This document shows, one piece after another, positions 1-14,700 of a stretch of DNA of 64,000 nucleotides. A program made the translations under genes and the position numbers. Below the pieces are notes generated by a model, which did not search any database, had not been told where the DNA came from, and saw only the letters and a list, made by a program, of their open reading frames with translations. The stretch covers positions 3,328,001 to 3,392,000 of the forward strand of contig CAXXJJ010000004.1 of assembly GCA_963667015.2 (NCBI GenBank), in the 5' to 3' direction. Origin of the DNA: Desulfatiglandales bacterium. Its GTDB lineage: Bacteria > Desulfobacterota > DSM-4660 > Desulfatiglandales > HGW-15. Each line of letters starts with the position of its first letter. The stretch's first letter is position 1.

Positions 1-2700
1 CCACCTGACAGGATATCAAAGCCGTCTCCTCCGAAAATCTCGTCCTGCCCGCCGAGTTGCGTCTGGATGCTGATAATTTGAGCGGGCAACCCCTCTTCCA
101 GCAGGATTCTGGCGAGGTCTCCTATGACGATATCATCACCGTTCCCGCTATCAATAGTATCTGATCCGATTCCTGCTATAACGATATCATTTCCATCGCC
201 GGTTTCTATCTGATCGTCGCCGGAAGCATATGCAACACTGTCTGCAGGAGTCATATCCGAGATATTTCCATCCACAAGGGTGATCACACCATTGTCTCCA
301 AGTACCGTATCATTGCCGCTGCCGGAGGTTATCTTATCACTGCCTGTTCCCCCTGTAATTATATCATTGCCGCTGCCGGAATAGATATTATCATCACCGC
401 CAAATTCAGGATCAGTTGATTCAAAAACAGTCAGGACACTTTGGCCGCCGCCCACATCTAAGGATGCATAACCATTATCACCGCCAATTAGGTCATTGCC
501 TTCACCTGCTCCGACGGGAGCGTCGGTAGCAGGATCAATGTCAATATAATCGGAACCTGTACCACCAAATATTATGTCATCTCCATCACCGGAAACAATT
601 ATATCATCACCTCCGCTTGCAGGACTTTTGGTTGCTACATTTGTTAACAATCCTCCAGTGTCAAAGACAGTGAACCCTGAATCGCCAAGTATAATGTCGT
701 CATTTCCTCCGGTAGTCAACGAATCTCTGCCCTGACCGCCTATTGCAATATTATTTCCATCTCCAAGGTTCAGGGTATCATCTGACCCGTAATTATCCAG
801 CATAGTGGCAATCTGTGTGAGGACTCCAACATCCGTAAAGGTCATGGTGCCATGATCACCTATCACATAATCATCCCCGCCTTCAGAGGTTACGCTGTCA
901 CTTCCACCTCCTGCGATTACATAATTATCTCCGGAGCCTGCATCGATTGTATCATCTCCAGTGGTGGAATCATCTGCATCCGTGCTTTCAATAAACGTTA
1001 CAATCCCGGATGTAATTTCAATACTTCCATTATCACCGATAACAATGTCATCCCCTGTTCCGCTTGTTACAGTATCATCTCCTGTACCGGCTACTATATA
1101 GTTTATGCCGTCACCCGAAGTTATGGTATCGTTTCCACCCTCCTCAGGGCTGCTGCTTTCAATACCGATGATATCTCCGGTTTCATCCCGGTCGATTACC
1201 CCTGAATCGCCAAGGAGAGTGTCATTCCCTGTACCGGTTATTATTGTATCGACCCCCTGACCGCCTATGGCAATATTGTTACCATCTCCAAGGCTCAAGG
1301 TATCATCTGATCCGTAATTATCCAGCATGGTGGCAATCTGTGTGAGTACTCCAACATCCGTAAAGGTCATCGTGCCATGATCACCTATCACGTAATCATC
1401 TCCACCTTCAGTGGTTACGCTGTCGCTTCCTCCTCCTGCGATTACGTAATTATCTCCCGAACCTGCGTTGATTGTATCATTACCGATGGTGGAATCATCT
1501 GCATCTGTGCTTTCAATACCGGTGATAACTCCGGTTTCATCCCGGTTGATTGCTCCTGAATCGCCAAGGATCGCATCATTCCCTGTATCGGTTATTATTG
1601 TATCGGAACCCTGACCGCCTATGGCAATATTATTTCCATTTCCAAGATTCAGGGTATCATCTGACCCGTAAATATCCAGCATAGTGGCAATCTGTGTGAG
1701 TACGCCGACATCAGTAAAGGTCATCGTGCCATGATCACCTGTCACATAATCATCTCCGCCTTCAGAGGTTACGCTGTCGCTTCCTCCTCCTGCAATTACA
1801 TAATTATCTCCGGAGCCTGCATCGATTGTATCATCTCCAGTGGTGGAATCATCTGCATCCGTGCTTTCAATTGCTGTTACAATCCCTGATGTAATTTCAA
1901 TAATTCCGTTATCGCCTATAACAATATCATCCCCTGTTCCGCTTGTTACCGTATCATCTCCTGTGCCGGCTACTATGTAGTTTATACCGTCACCGGAAGT
2001 TATCGTATCGTTTCCACCCTCACCGGGGCTGCTGCTTTCAATACCGGTGATAACTCCGGACTCATCCCGGTTGATTACTCCTGAATCACCCAGGAGAGCG
2101 TCATACCCTGTACCAGTTATTATTGTATCGGAACCCTGACCGCCTATGGCAATATTGTTACCATCTCCAAGGTTCAGGGCATCGTCTGATCCGTAATTAT
2201 CCAGCTTAGTGACTATCTGTGTGAGTACGCCGACATCAGTAAATGTCATTGTTCCATGATCACCTATCACATAATCATCACCGCCTTCAGTGGTTACACT
2301 GTCGCTTCCGCCTCCTGCGATTACATAATTATCTCCTGCACCTGCATCGATTGTATCATCTCCAGTGGTGGAATCATCTGCATCTGTGCTTTCAATTGCG
2401 GTTACGATTCCGGATGTAATTTCAATACTTCCGTTATCACCGATAACAATGTCAATGCCGGTTCCGGTTGTTATCGAATCACTTCCAAAACCACCAACAA
2501 CAATATCATCACCTTCGTTACCGGTGATTACATCATTACCACCCACACCCGAGGCATTTGACTCAATCCTGGTAATAGTATAATCCGCATCACGGGTAAT
2601 AACCGCTTCGTCACCGAATATTACATCATTACCCTGGCCGCCAGTAAGGGTATCCGCACCTGCCTCACCGATAATTACCAGTTCTGCTCCTTCAGGAACT
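1..2700 (-). repeat. Second RTX-like block (GGxGxDxI-GDxG repeats of about 57-60 aa)
   Basis: Repeated units such as [37 protein letters not shown]. The block continues past base 1. Confidence 0.85.
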
Positions 2701-5700
2701 GCTGAAGCATCTACCTCATCTGCCCCTGTGTCTCCGTGTATTTCAAGCCTGCCGTCTATAACGGTTTCCTCCAGGGTAATAGTGTCATCCCCGGCATTTC
2801 CGTTCAAGGTGGTGAGGGTTTCACTTCTTACACTTTCTACTGTAATAATATCACTGCCTGTTCCAAATATGATATTTATACCGCCTTCAAAACTGCCTGA
2901 TGTAGCAGCATAATTGATATCTGCAGTCGCAAGACCCGAGATACTGCTGTCTGTTATAGTCACATTTGTGTCTGCAACAGCAGAGCCTGCATCGCTTACA
3001 TTAAGGATATTGCTTCCAGCGCCTGCATCAAGATTGACTGTCCCATTAATAGCATCGAGATCTCCGCTGTTGGTCGGGGAATCGGATGAGATATTTATTA
3101 CATCATCCCCTGCGCCCGTATTAAGATTCGTAATATTTCCAACCGGCGTTCCCTGGATATTAAGGACATCATCACCGCTTCCAAGACCAAGGTTCAGATT
3201 TTCTATCCTGATATACTGGATCCATCCGTCTGCCCCCATGTTGAAGCCTGTAATACTGTTTTCCGTAACAGTTCCCGTGATACCGTCAATATCACCCGTA
3301 ATATCCAGGTACAGGGAATCGCTTCCGGCTCCGCCGTCTATATCGATAAACTCGAGGATATTCTGTACATTTCCGTTTATATTACTGCCCGGAGTTGCAT
3401 TGCTGCCAAGGTATACTATATCGTCACCGGCACCGGCTTCGATACTGGTTGGAGATACAGTATAGGTGAGAGGAATTATGTCATCATCGCTGTTTCCGTA
3501 TACCTGGACCGAGGTTCCCGTTACCAGACCAATTATCTCGAGTATCCCGCCTTCTGTATCGTTGTTTCCGTAGTCCACAGATAGTTCAACAGTTCCGGCA
3601 GCCTGTATAACTGCATTCTCATTAATGATAAGGTTATCCCCAGACCGCATGGCAATGGAACCGCTTGTCGAGGTTATACTTACACCTGCCTCAACAACCA
3701 TGTTATCATTATCCGAGTTATCTGCGCTCGTAAGAGTAATATTGTTAACGGCCTCTATATTTTCATCTATGTTCATCGGGCTGTTACTGGTTAACTCAAT
3801 TTCATCAGCGGCGCCTATACCTTCAGCTTCGGTTACACCTCCAACAATCAGATGCCCCTGATTAATGAGCCATATGCTGCCATGCACGGAACGGCCTTCC
3901 AGATTTCCAATAGCAGTTCTGATTGCTTTTCCGTCTGCACCGACATCCTGGTCTGCAAAGAGCCATGCAGCTCCGGAGACAATATTGTCCTCATCATCGA
4001 GGCGGGCGTTCAGAATGGATGCCCCGCTGCCTATAAATGCTGTATATTCAAAACCTGTTGATGCCTGGTTTATTCCCAGATCACCATCTGTTTCGGTTAG
4101 GTATGTATTGAGCGCACTGGATGTGGTCAGGTAACCGTCTCCCGAAAATGCGCTGTTAATATCCAGGTCATTACCCGAAATACCTATGGCACCATATATT
4201 GCTTCAAGGGTAATATTGTTACCGGTAATATCTGCCTGTATCTCATCTTCCCTGTCAATAATAGATGCCATTGCGACGAGCTCAACATTACCGGTTGAGG
4301 ATATTATCTCGCCGACCGACATATCCCCGTCAGTCTCATAAAGGTAGATATTTCTGCCGGCATAGGCATTTAAAAGCCCATCCTGATAAAGGTTGATATC
4401 AATATAATTGATGCTTCCTGTCCCGCTGCTCCCTATATCCACTCCGGCAAAAAGGTTAAGGATATCCGTGCGGATATTCAGGTAATCACCGTCAAAGGCA
4501 TCAAGAATCGATCCATCAGCCCTGAGATCAATACGTTCCGGAGAATAGACGGTATCCACATACATATCACCATCAACTTCATACAGGAAAATCCCCTGGT
4601 TTGCTCTTGCTGTCAACTTTGAATCTGGTGAAAGATTCATGGTTATGGGATCATCTTCTGTACCGATTCCCTTTCGTCCGGATTCAAGGATAAGATTGTC
4701 GCCGATAAAATCAGTATCCTCTGAAAGAGGAGAGTCGTAGATTCCGCCTTTAGTTTTCAGCCGGATATCACCGGAGGCGCTTCCATCCAATCCGGCCTGA
4801 ACCGAAATAATGTTTACATCAAACTCTGAGCCAAGAAATATGTCTGATCCAGCCCTGACATCAACTCCGGCACCGATATCATTATGCTGTAAAATCTTGA
4901 TCTCACTTCTTGTTATGTTGATCAGGCCTGTGTCATCATCACCGTTTGCACTTTCTTCTGAATCAAACAGCTGGATGGTAAATTCATCCATGACTCTGGC
5001 ATAATAGAGCTCCCCATCGGTCAAACCTGAGATGTCGCTGATGGTAAAAGTTCCGAAGTCCCCGAAATTAACCGGTGCACCCGTAGAAAGATCATGCTCT
5101 GAGCCGAATCTTATAGTGTTTTCGGCAGAATCTATGATGGTAACATCCTCAGGATCAGCTGAATTTATAACAATAGTCTCTTCCTCGGTAAGATCAATGG
5201 CTGTTCCGTCAGCCTCCATATCTCCATCAGAGGTATAGATGGTTATTTCAGTGATTTCACCGCCTGACTGTATATCGATATCTTCCCGGTGAGTAATCCT
5301 GGCTTCACTCCGTGTGATATTTATCAGACCGGTATCATCCTCTCCCGTTGCATGCTCTTCCGTATCAAACAGCTTTATTGTAAACTCATCCACAACCCGG
5401 GCATAATAAGTAACACCGTCCGTTATTCCCTGAATCCCTCCTACGCCCATGTTACCGCCTGAGCCGAATACAACCGATGCCCCGGATTCAAGGTTATGCA
5501 ATGTACCAAAATTGATTGTTTCAGTATCTGACTTAATTGAAATGAGATCTTCTTTTTCCGCGGCTGCCAGTGTAGCCTTATCTTCATCTGAAAGATCAAT
5601 GAGGGTTCCGCCGTTACTCATATCTCCACTGGAAATAATTATCGTCTCTTCCGGTAGATAATCACCCAGACTCCCAGAAACATTCAGTATTATATTGTTA

Positions 5701-8700
5701 CCCACAATATTTGATGCTTCGATACGGGTTTCCGTGTCAGTGGTTTCCTTGAGCCAACCGGAACCAAGTGAGTATTTCAGCTGTTCTTCGGTCCAGCTTG
5801 AACCTATTGCCAGTGCATTAACATCAGACAGGCTGTGTCCTGTGCCTGTTGCACTGCCTGCATCAAGGTCCAGGTAAATTCCATTGGCCGCATCTTCTTC
5901 TGTTTCTGCCAGCTGTACAGAGGAAGGATCGGAATCCGATTTAATTATGTAGTATACCGTGCCCTCTTCAAGGCTGTTATATTCTCCGTCAACCCAGTAA
6001 CCTATGGCATCACCGCCGTTAGCACTGTATGCGACGCCGGTTCCGGTTACATACAGGTTTGTACCGATATTGATGGTATCATTATCATTGTCTACATCGC
6101 CGGAGGGATCAAATATCGGATCATACCCTGAATTACCCGTGTCATATTCCCAGTCAGGATTGTAGGTGTCCCCAAGCACCCTGTACCTGTCGTGCAGTTC
6201 ATGGAATTCCTGGGTCCGTTTTTCTTCTTCCAGGTCAACCCTGTCATCATCCCAGGCAAGTTCAGTCTTGTATGCGTCTCTTTCATCTCCGGATATTGTA
6301 ACCCTAAAATCAGGATCATAGGCCAGCATGTGCGTCAGGCTTGCTTTACCCTCTGCTATGGCAGCATCAAGATCCAGGGCCTGTCCCGCAGTAGCATTTT
6401 CAGCAGAATCCGCAAGCATGATGCTTGTGTTGTCCACAACAATTACATAATAGGTATGATTATCTGCCAGGCCGCTGACTCCCTGGCCGTCTATTTCCCG
6501 GTAAAGGAGGGCATCTCCGGTTGTAAAATTGTGATCATAACCAAAGGCTATAACATTACTGCTGCTATTCACCTCTGATTCAGTATTAAAACGACGTGAA
6601 CCTCCTGTACGGTATCCCCAGTATGTATGATACTCGTTTGTCTTTAAATCCCTGTAAGCATCCTGAGTTTCGCTGCCGTTATCAGTAAGCAGGTTCATCT
6701 CATCCCACAGGTTTGCAAGTTCGGATTCCGTACGGACGTCCCGTCTTTCGATTGTATTTACATCTATCAGGTCACCGCTCCCGATAGTGATATTGACATC
6801 CCCGCCCAGTGACTCGATAGAATCAACCCTGAGATCACCCGATATTTCGTTCAGATAAATATCACCATAGGCCTCTGCAGTAATTGCGTCATACTCAGAA
6901 TCATCATCATAATTACTGTCGTTATTTGTATCTATCCTCATATTAAGGGATGATGTTCCTATTCCTCCTGTTATGGAGGTAAGCGAGATATTATCACCCT
7001 GTATAAGGGTGTCAGGATCAGCGGCATAAATACCGCCTTCTGAACTAATTATTACATCGCCAGCAGTTGAAGCTGCATAGTCAATTGTTAGCTTGCTTTC
7101 TATTTCATTAATTGCCACCAGACCATTTGCTTCGGCAGCCAGCACACCCCCGGAAAGATCGGTTCTTATGGCTGAATTAACATTTCCAATAGTTCCGTTT
7201 ACTGCACTCAGGGTTATATTTTCGCTTCTTATAAGGGCCAGGTCTTCTTTCTGGTTAATAGAGCCGTTTGTTGAAGTAATCGTGGTTGAACCGGAAAGGT
7301 TGTTTATAATTCCCGCAAGGTTGATATCGGAAGTTGATGTAATATTGACAGATCCTGTTTCATATCCCATAAATTCTATGGCTATGGGATAATCCGCCTT
7401 GACGCTGTTATAATCATAATTTATGCGTCCGACCTTGGTAATCTTTTCAAGATGGTAAGTCTTGGTACTGAAGATCCACCATCCGCTTGTTGTCACCCAA
7501 TCCCTGGTATATACAACCGGATCGCCTATTGTCTGGAATTCATAGGCATAGCCTGTATCTGTATTACCGTCGGATTCCGTATCAATAAAATTGCTTTCAG
7601 GTTCAAGTTCTACAGGTACGGGATCGACATAGTTATAGTAACTCCTTGATTGTGTTTGGGCATATGTAATACCCCAGAAGCTGCTGCTCTCCCACCGCTC
7701 TGTCAGTTTTGATGTCTCAGAATAACCGGTTACCCAGTAATATCTCTGGCCTGAAACCGGCTGATAGGAAGCTGTGTTGCCGTCAACCACAGAGGAAACA
7801 CCTGTAAGAACATTTGCATCATCATTGGTAGTAATCTGAACTTCTTCACCAATTCGCGTATAGGTAGTAATCAGCGGTTTATAAATATCAGGATCAGAAT
7901 CAAGGTCATAGGCTGTATCCGTAATAATTACCTTACCTTCGATACCATTACCTATGCCATGGATTTCAAGATCTTTCGATGTGTTTATCTCATCCGTCAA
8001 AACCGCTGTTAATGCAAGTTCCAGGGTTTTTTCTGTAACATGAATAACCGAATATTCACCGTCATTGCTTCCTGAATTGGATATTGTGATAGTCTGACCA
8101 TCGCGGTAGCCCTCCTCTATCCAGCTTCCTGCATTACGCGTTATTGTATCGGCATCATCATTGTCAGCAAAGGTAATCCAGTTGCCGGCAATTTCCAGCG
8201 ATGAAGAAGTGCTGGTCTCTGCTGTCAGATCACCGCCAGCGAGGACCAGATCCAGATCTCCGACTGTCTGCACTACATACACCCCGTTATTGCCATTTGC
8301 AGAATTAAGTATCTGTATGCTCTGCCCGACATAGAATCCGTCGTCGATCCAGCTTCCGGAACTTCGGCTGATAGTATCATCAGCTCCTGTATCAGAGATG
8401 GTAATCCAGCTGCCTGTTACTTCAAAGGAACCACTGTCACTGAACTCGGTGGTGATAGAATCACCGCTGACAAGGGTAAGGATTTTGTCTTTGACTATTT
8501 CAATTGTATATTCACCGTCATTACCTTCCCCTGAACCGGAGATACGGATTGTCTGACCTTCATGGAATCCGTCCTGAATCCAGCTTCCATTCTGTCTTGT
8601 TATAGTGTCCGAACCATCAGATCCGTTGTTTTTCAGGGTAATCCAGTCATCTCCCGTAGCAATCATGTCAGTTCCGGTAACCCGCCACTGGCTTCCTGTA

Positions 8701-11700
8701 AGTATCAGTTCTTCATCTTCACCGGTCTTGATACTCTGAACATCTATACCCCAGGAACTCCGGTTATCGATGGAGATATTTCCAAATCCATCCATTACCT
8801 TCAGCTCTCCATCCGTATCCGTAGCCATGATGTGACCGGTAACTTTAATCAATCCGCCGCTGACAGATACATTATCAACAATCAGACGATCGGTCTCGTA
8901 GTTATAGTAAACTTCGATATCCGAATCCGTAAGTACAATCCAGCCGCTCCTGTCTGAAATACTTGCTTCACTTCTCATACTCGCAATATTATCAGCAAGT
9001 GTTCCTCCGCCCTCAACGGCAGATGTATCCTCTATTGTGAGAGTATGATCTGCATCACCGCTTATTATGGGACCATTTATGTTAAGCAGCCTTGCAGTAA
9101 TAAAGATATTATTTCCTGCAATGATTGACCCATCCTGCGCCCTGTGGGCTGTATCGCTGTCAGTCCAGTTTGCTTCGTTGTTATACGCGGTCCCGTTATC
9201 ATTAAATTTCCGGGAATCCTCATTAGTTTGCGCAAGGTCGCTCCATACGGATTCCGGTGAACCGCCCACATGCTGGGTATCCGTGGCGATAATGATATCT
9301 TTTCCAGCTGATATCTCGACAGTCTTGGCCTGTATGTTAGATTTGACCGTTGTGCTGCCTGAAGTGTCATCCTTTATAAAAATACTTCCTTCCTTGTTAG
9401 CTATCCGTATTGTTCCCTCTGAATTCATGATTGTAGCGCCTATGATCTCAATATTCGGGGCAGGCGCAGTAGAAAGCACACCGGTTGGTGGAGGATTGTA
9501 TGTATTTCGTACTTCAATCAGGGGATCTGCTGAATTTTTGCTCGTATAAATACTATTGAACTGGGCAAGCTGACCCGAGCTGTTCCGTTTCTGGATATCA
9601 GCATTATCGTAGATTCTAGCATCGTTAAAGGTTATGGAACCACCTTCAGCCAATATATTCAGGCCGTCTTTTATTCTCAGGTAATAGGGACTGTGGTTTT
9701 CAATGGTAATTCTAGTGTCCCCCGGGGCATCCAGGGTTCCTGTACCGGAAAGGCTGTCTCCAGTAATCACTATATTACCGCTTTTGGCTTCTATGTATGG
9801 CACTTCAATATATGTTACCAGCATGTTTCCGACAACAGAGCCGTTTTCATCGAGCAGCCCCAGTTCATCGGCCTGGTATTTCAGCTGATCTATCTGAGCC
9901 TGAATTCCCACAGCAGCCTTGCCGCCGTCTTTTGCGCCATAATTCGCCAGATCCTGCTCAAGACCTTCAATCTCCTGCCTTATTGCTTCGGCCAGATCGT
10001 CCTGAACCGCAGTCGGCATATCCACCCCGTCAGTTACATAAATCAGGTCATCAATGCTTCCCGGCTTTATAGTAGTTGCGTATATCTCAAGTCCGGTGGA
10101 TATTTCATCACTATCTATTCTATCACTGCCGTCCAGTACAAGAGCCATACCGTCAATTGATAGAATCCTGTATGTACCGTCATTGTTTTCAGAACTTCCT
10201 CTAATCACTATATACTGATTAGCCTGGAATCCTTCAGCCTCCCAGTCTCCGGTTGTGCGGGTAATTCTGTTATCAGAAACCGTAAGGGCAACCTCAGTCC
10301 CTGAAGTAAGGGTTGTTGCCTGGTCAATAGATTCGGTGGCAATACTTATAATGTTCTGATCCTGGGATGCAGTATATGTCTCATCTGCAGTAAAGGTGTC
10401 ATACCCTGTTGCCAGGACAAGGGTATCGCCTGTTGCAAGTTCTATTTTATAAAAACCGTCATTTCCTGAAGCAGATCCTGTAATCCGGATATACTGACCG
10501 GATGCAAAACCCATGTCTGACCAGTCGGAATTATCTGTCAGCTCAATCTTGTCCTGACCGCCACTGCCACCCCTGTCGAAGAACACCTCTTTACCATATG
10601 TAATCTCAACTACCTGTGCAGCCGGGGTCTGTATGGTTGTTACCCTGTTTGTATTGGTAACATCAAGGGTCATATCAAAGTCTTCTCTCAACTCAAGCGC
10701 AGTTTTAGAAACGCTCTCAATAATATACTCGCCGTCATTTAAATCGGATCCGTTTATAACAATACTCTGCCCAACACTAAAGCCATCAACAATCCATGAC
10801 CCATCATCGTCTCGCTCAATTACAGCGTTATTAATAGAGTATGTAATATCAGTTGTTGCTGAAGCTGTTACTACTGCTACCGTCTGAGCACCTCCATCAT
10901 TACTGTCAGTAGAAAGAGGTCCATCAACTGTAATCGTATCTCCCGAAACAGATAGAATATCATATGTTCCATTATTGGCCGACTCATCTGCCCCGGATAT
11001 GGTTATACTGTGAGCATCCGAATAATCAGTTGACCAGTTGCCCGAGAGATTAATAATTTTTGCATTTTCATGGAACAGCTCGGCAGTAAATCTGACATTA
11101 TCTGAGATCGTAACACCTATGGTAAAGGTTGATCCGTTGCTGTCCGTTGTCCCGTCGGAAAGGACTGAATTATCCTCCAGTACGAGATCAGAAGCTGTAA
11201 CACTTTTAATTGTGTAAATTCCGTCATTCGCACCGGCGCCATCAATAGTCACTTCCTGGCCGGCTACAAATCCGTCTGTAACCCAGCTTCCGCTGTCTCT
11301 GGAAATATATGCGTTCGCAGTTATATTATCATCACCATCTCTGACTTCAGCAGTGAAACTCAGTAGTACCCCGTTCTGGATGGAAACATCTTTTTCTATT
11401 GTTATATCGCTGCTGCTTATACTGTCATCAACAATTCCCGCTCCGCTTGTTAACTCAATTACCGAATTATCGATTGCCGCAATTGTAAAACCGATGCCGG
11501 TATTATTATCAGCTTCATCCGCACCGGAAATTCTGATCACATCGCCGACCTCAAATCCCTGACCTGACCAGTCACCGCCTGTCCATTCGATCTCCGAATT
11601 TGCTGCTTCCTGCTCTGCAACAAACGCCATATCCGCAGTTGTCTGACCTATTGTTGATGTAACGGTTTCACCGCTTTCCGATCCTGAAGCGATATCATAG

Positions 11701-14700
11701 GTTTCAAGCAGCACGAGTTCATCTGCAGTAACCTCAAAGACTGTATAGTCTGTCCCGTTAATTGAGATAGTTTTATCGGCAAGAAAACCGTCATCAACCC
11801 AGCTTCCTCCGTCATCCCTAGTTATAACCGCCTGCTTTGAGATATAATCAAGAACCGGGTTAAGGGTCATATTTGCGGGATTTTCATTTGCCTTAAGGGC
11901 CTGTGCAAAAACATCCGCCTGAATATCCGCCTCATTAGTAAGTTTTGGACCTGTTATTTTTATGCTGCTTCCATCAACTGATAAGATTCGGTAGGTTCCG
12001 TCATTTGAGGTGGTTCCGTTGACATTGATATACTGACCTTCCTGGAACCCGTCATCCTCCCAGTTACCGCTGTCAAGGGTAATGGTGGAGTTCAATCGGC
12101 TGAATGTCAGCGCAGGTGCTCCGCTCAGCACTATAGGATCACTTCCTATGGAACTTTCTACAGCAAATACATCAGCCGTATCAGCATTATGATCTGCGGC
12201 CAGAGTTTCTACCAGTGTAACAGTTGTATCGGTAACCGACTTGATCCGATATACCCCGTCGTTACCGTTTGAACCGTGTATACCTATGTACTGGTCGTCT
12301 TCAAATCCGTCATCCAGCCAGCTTCCGTTGCTTCGGGTAATTGTGTCGTCGGAGACTCCATTGGTTTCAAAATCCAGGGTTGGCATTCCGGATCCCTGGT
12401 CTGCAAGCATGACAGGGGTATACTGCTCATCTGTATCACTTATGATGAGTTCCTGTATATTATTTCTACCGGACCTCACAGTACCGTCTATCTGGACACC
12501 TGCAGAGGCAGATTCCCTGTATGAATCTTTTTCTATTTTGAGACTGACCGGATCTGCCCCGAAAATTGATCCGAAAAAGTTGGCTATGGCTGCCAGTACT
12601 TCACGATAAAGATCCGTACCCTCACCTGAGCCGTTGGCATAGTAATTTCCATTTTCAGCAGAAATAATGACATCCGACGACGCCCCTACATACGCGCCTT
12701 CTTCTATACTGACATTATTTGTCTGGACTATCTCACCGTGAGCCTGTGGGTCGGTCTTAATTGGCAAGGCAGTTTTATTCCAGAGATCAGTATTTGCTTT
12801 TATACTAAAATCATTTCCCACCCCAGCTTCAAGTGTAATACTTCCAAGCGAATCGATACTTGCATTAGTTCCCACCGTGACGTTGTTATCAGCATGCACC
12901 GAAGCAAGTGATTCACCCTGTGCGGCTCCTGCAACACCATAGGTTTTTGCGCTTGCCTGGGCTTTTACATCGGCTTCTGAATGAGCTGATAAAATTATAT
13001 CCCCGATACTTGTAATATCAGCATCCCCGATTATGATCTCGTTGGTGTTATTTTTATTGAGAATTACAGATTTTGCCTTGGCAAGTGCTATTGCTCCGCC
13101 TGAATCAAGTTTAACCTTATCAGTTGCATTGATTACATTTTTACTGTTAAAGGTCATCAATCCCGGATTGAACCTGTCTCCATCCACTTCTATGTCTGCA
13201 CCGTCTGCAATTGAAATCTTAGTGCCGTTATTGATTGTTGTCACGCTTCCGGCAGCAGGTCCTCCAGCCAGGCCTCCTGCGCCTGCGGTTACATCATAAC
13301 CGTTTGATGTTTTATTTATAACATTATTGGCATCCACATCAATTTCACCGGCGTTGATATTAACTCCGAGACCAAAGGAAACATTAACATTGGAGTTGAC
13401 AACATTTGTGATGCTGGAACCGCTGCTTCCGACTACTGCGGAAGTCTTGCTGTCCGAATCAACACTGAATTTTGATGTATGCTGTGCCAGAGCCTTGAAG
13501 GAGTTATCCACATCTATGGATGACCCGCTATCAGTGCCGATAATAATCCCGGTGGCACTGTTATTTGTTGTTTTTGCGGTTGAAGCCGCACCGGCAATAA
13601 GACCTCCGCTTCCTGCCTGAACTGATGCATAATTTTCATCTGTTCCGATTGCCTGGATATCGAGACTTCCTCCGCTTATGTTTAGATTTCTTCCAAGATA
13701 GGCCTGTGTCACTGTGTTGGATGTGGCATATGCCTGGTTGAAACCTTCTGCAATAAGTCCATCAGCCTTCCCCTTGGCGCTGGCCATCTGCTTTGAATCC
13801 TGATTTGCATATACCTTGATATCACCCGTCACATTAACATCAAGATCTCCGTATGTATTCGATATTACGGGAATATCCTCTCCTATATAGGCCAGCACAT
13901 TACTGCTGTTTTCGATCTGGCTTTTGGTACCTATAACACCTATAAGACCGCCTGAAGATCCGGTAGTTTTTACATCTCCTGTATAATCGCCGGGAAGAAG
14001 CAACTGTTTAGCTGTTATGCTCAGGTTGTCAGCTGTTACAGCCCTGCTATTTGTACCCAATCCAAGGTATGCCTTCACAGTAGGTGAAATTGTGACATAG
14101 GTACTTGAAGCACCTACAGAAAGTGTTCCTGCGTTAACGCCATAGACTGTTACATCCACCTTTGGATCAGTTATGGCGCTGATATTAATATCGTGTGCAA
14201 CCAGATCAGAATCATTTACAAAGGCCGTTGTTTCGGATGCAACTGTTCCTGTTGCCTTTGAACCTCCTGAAGCCACGGATATAAGCCCTGCAGCCTTTAT
14301 AGCTGATCCTGTTCTTGCATCCATTTTGGATTCATCACTCGCAATCACATCCAGATTACCATTAAGCGTAAGTACACTGTTATTTACATAACCCGATGTA
14401 GTCGTATTAATACTGTTTGAGGCTATTGCACCTCCGCCACTTACGGCAACACTGAAAAGGCTTCCGCTTATTGAAGAGGAAGCAGCTGAGGATCTTGACG
14501 CTATATTTGTCTTTTCCCTGGCCTCAACCTTCATATCGCCGTTATCGGTTTCTACTGTAGATGACTCTACAAATGCTTTTACTTTGTTTTCTATTTTATT
14601 TTCAGAAACAGCCAGACCAAGGGAAATAGCAACGCCTATACCTCCGAAGCTTGCGGCTATTGAAGCTGCTCCGGCTTCAGAAGTGATAGTCGATGAATCA

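Noticed and set aside
731..2450. Repeats considered as a CRISPR array or a diversity-generating retroelement template/variable pair
   Set aside because: The units are hundreds of bp long, in-frame and coding, with no short repeat-spacer structure. No cas or reverse transcriptase gene is present in the window.
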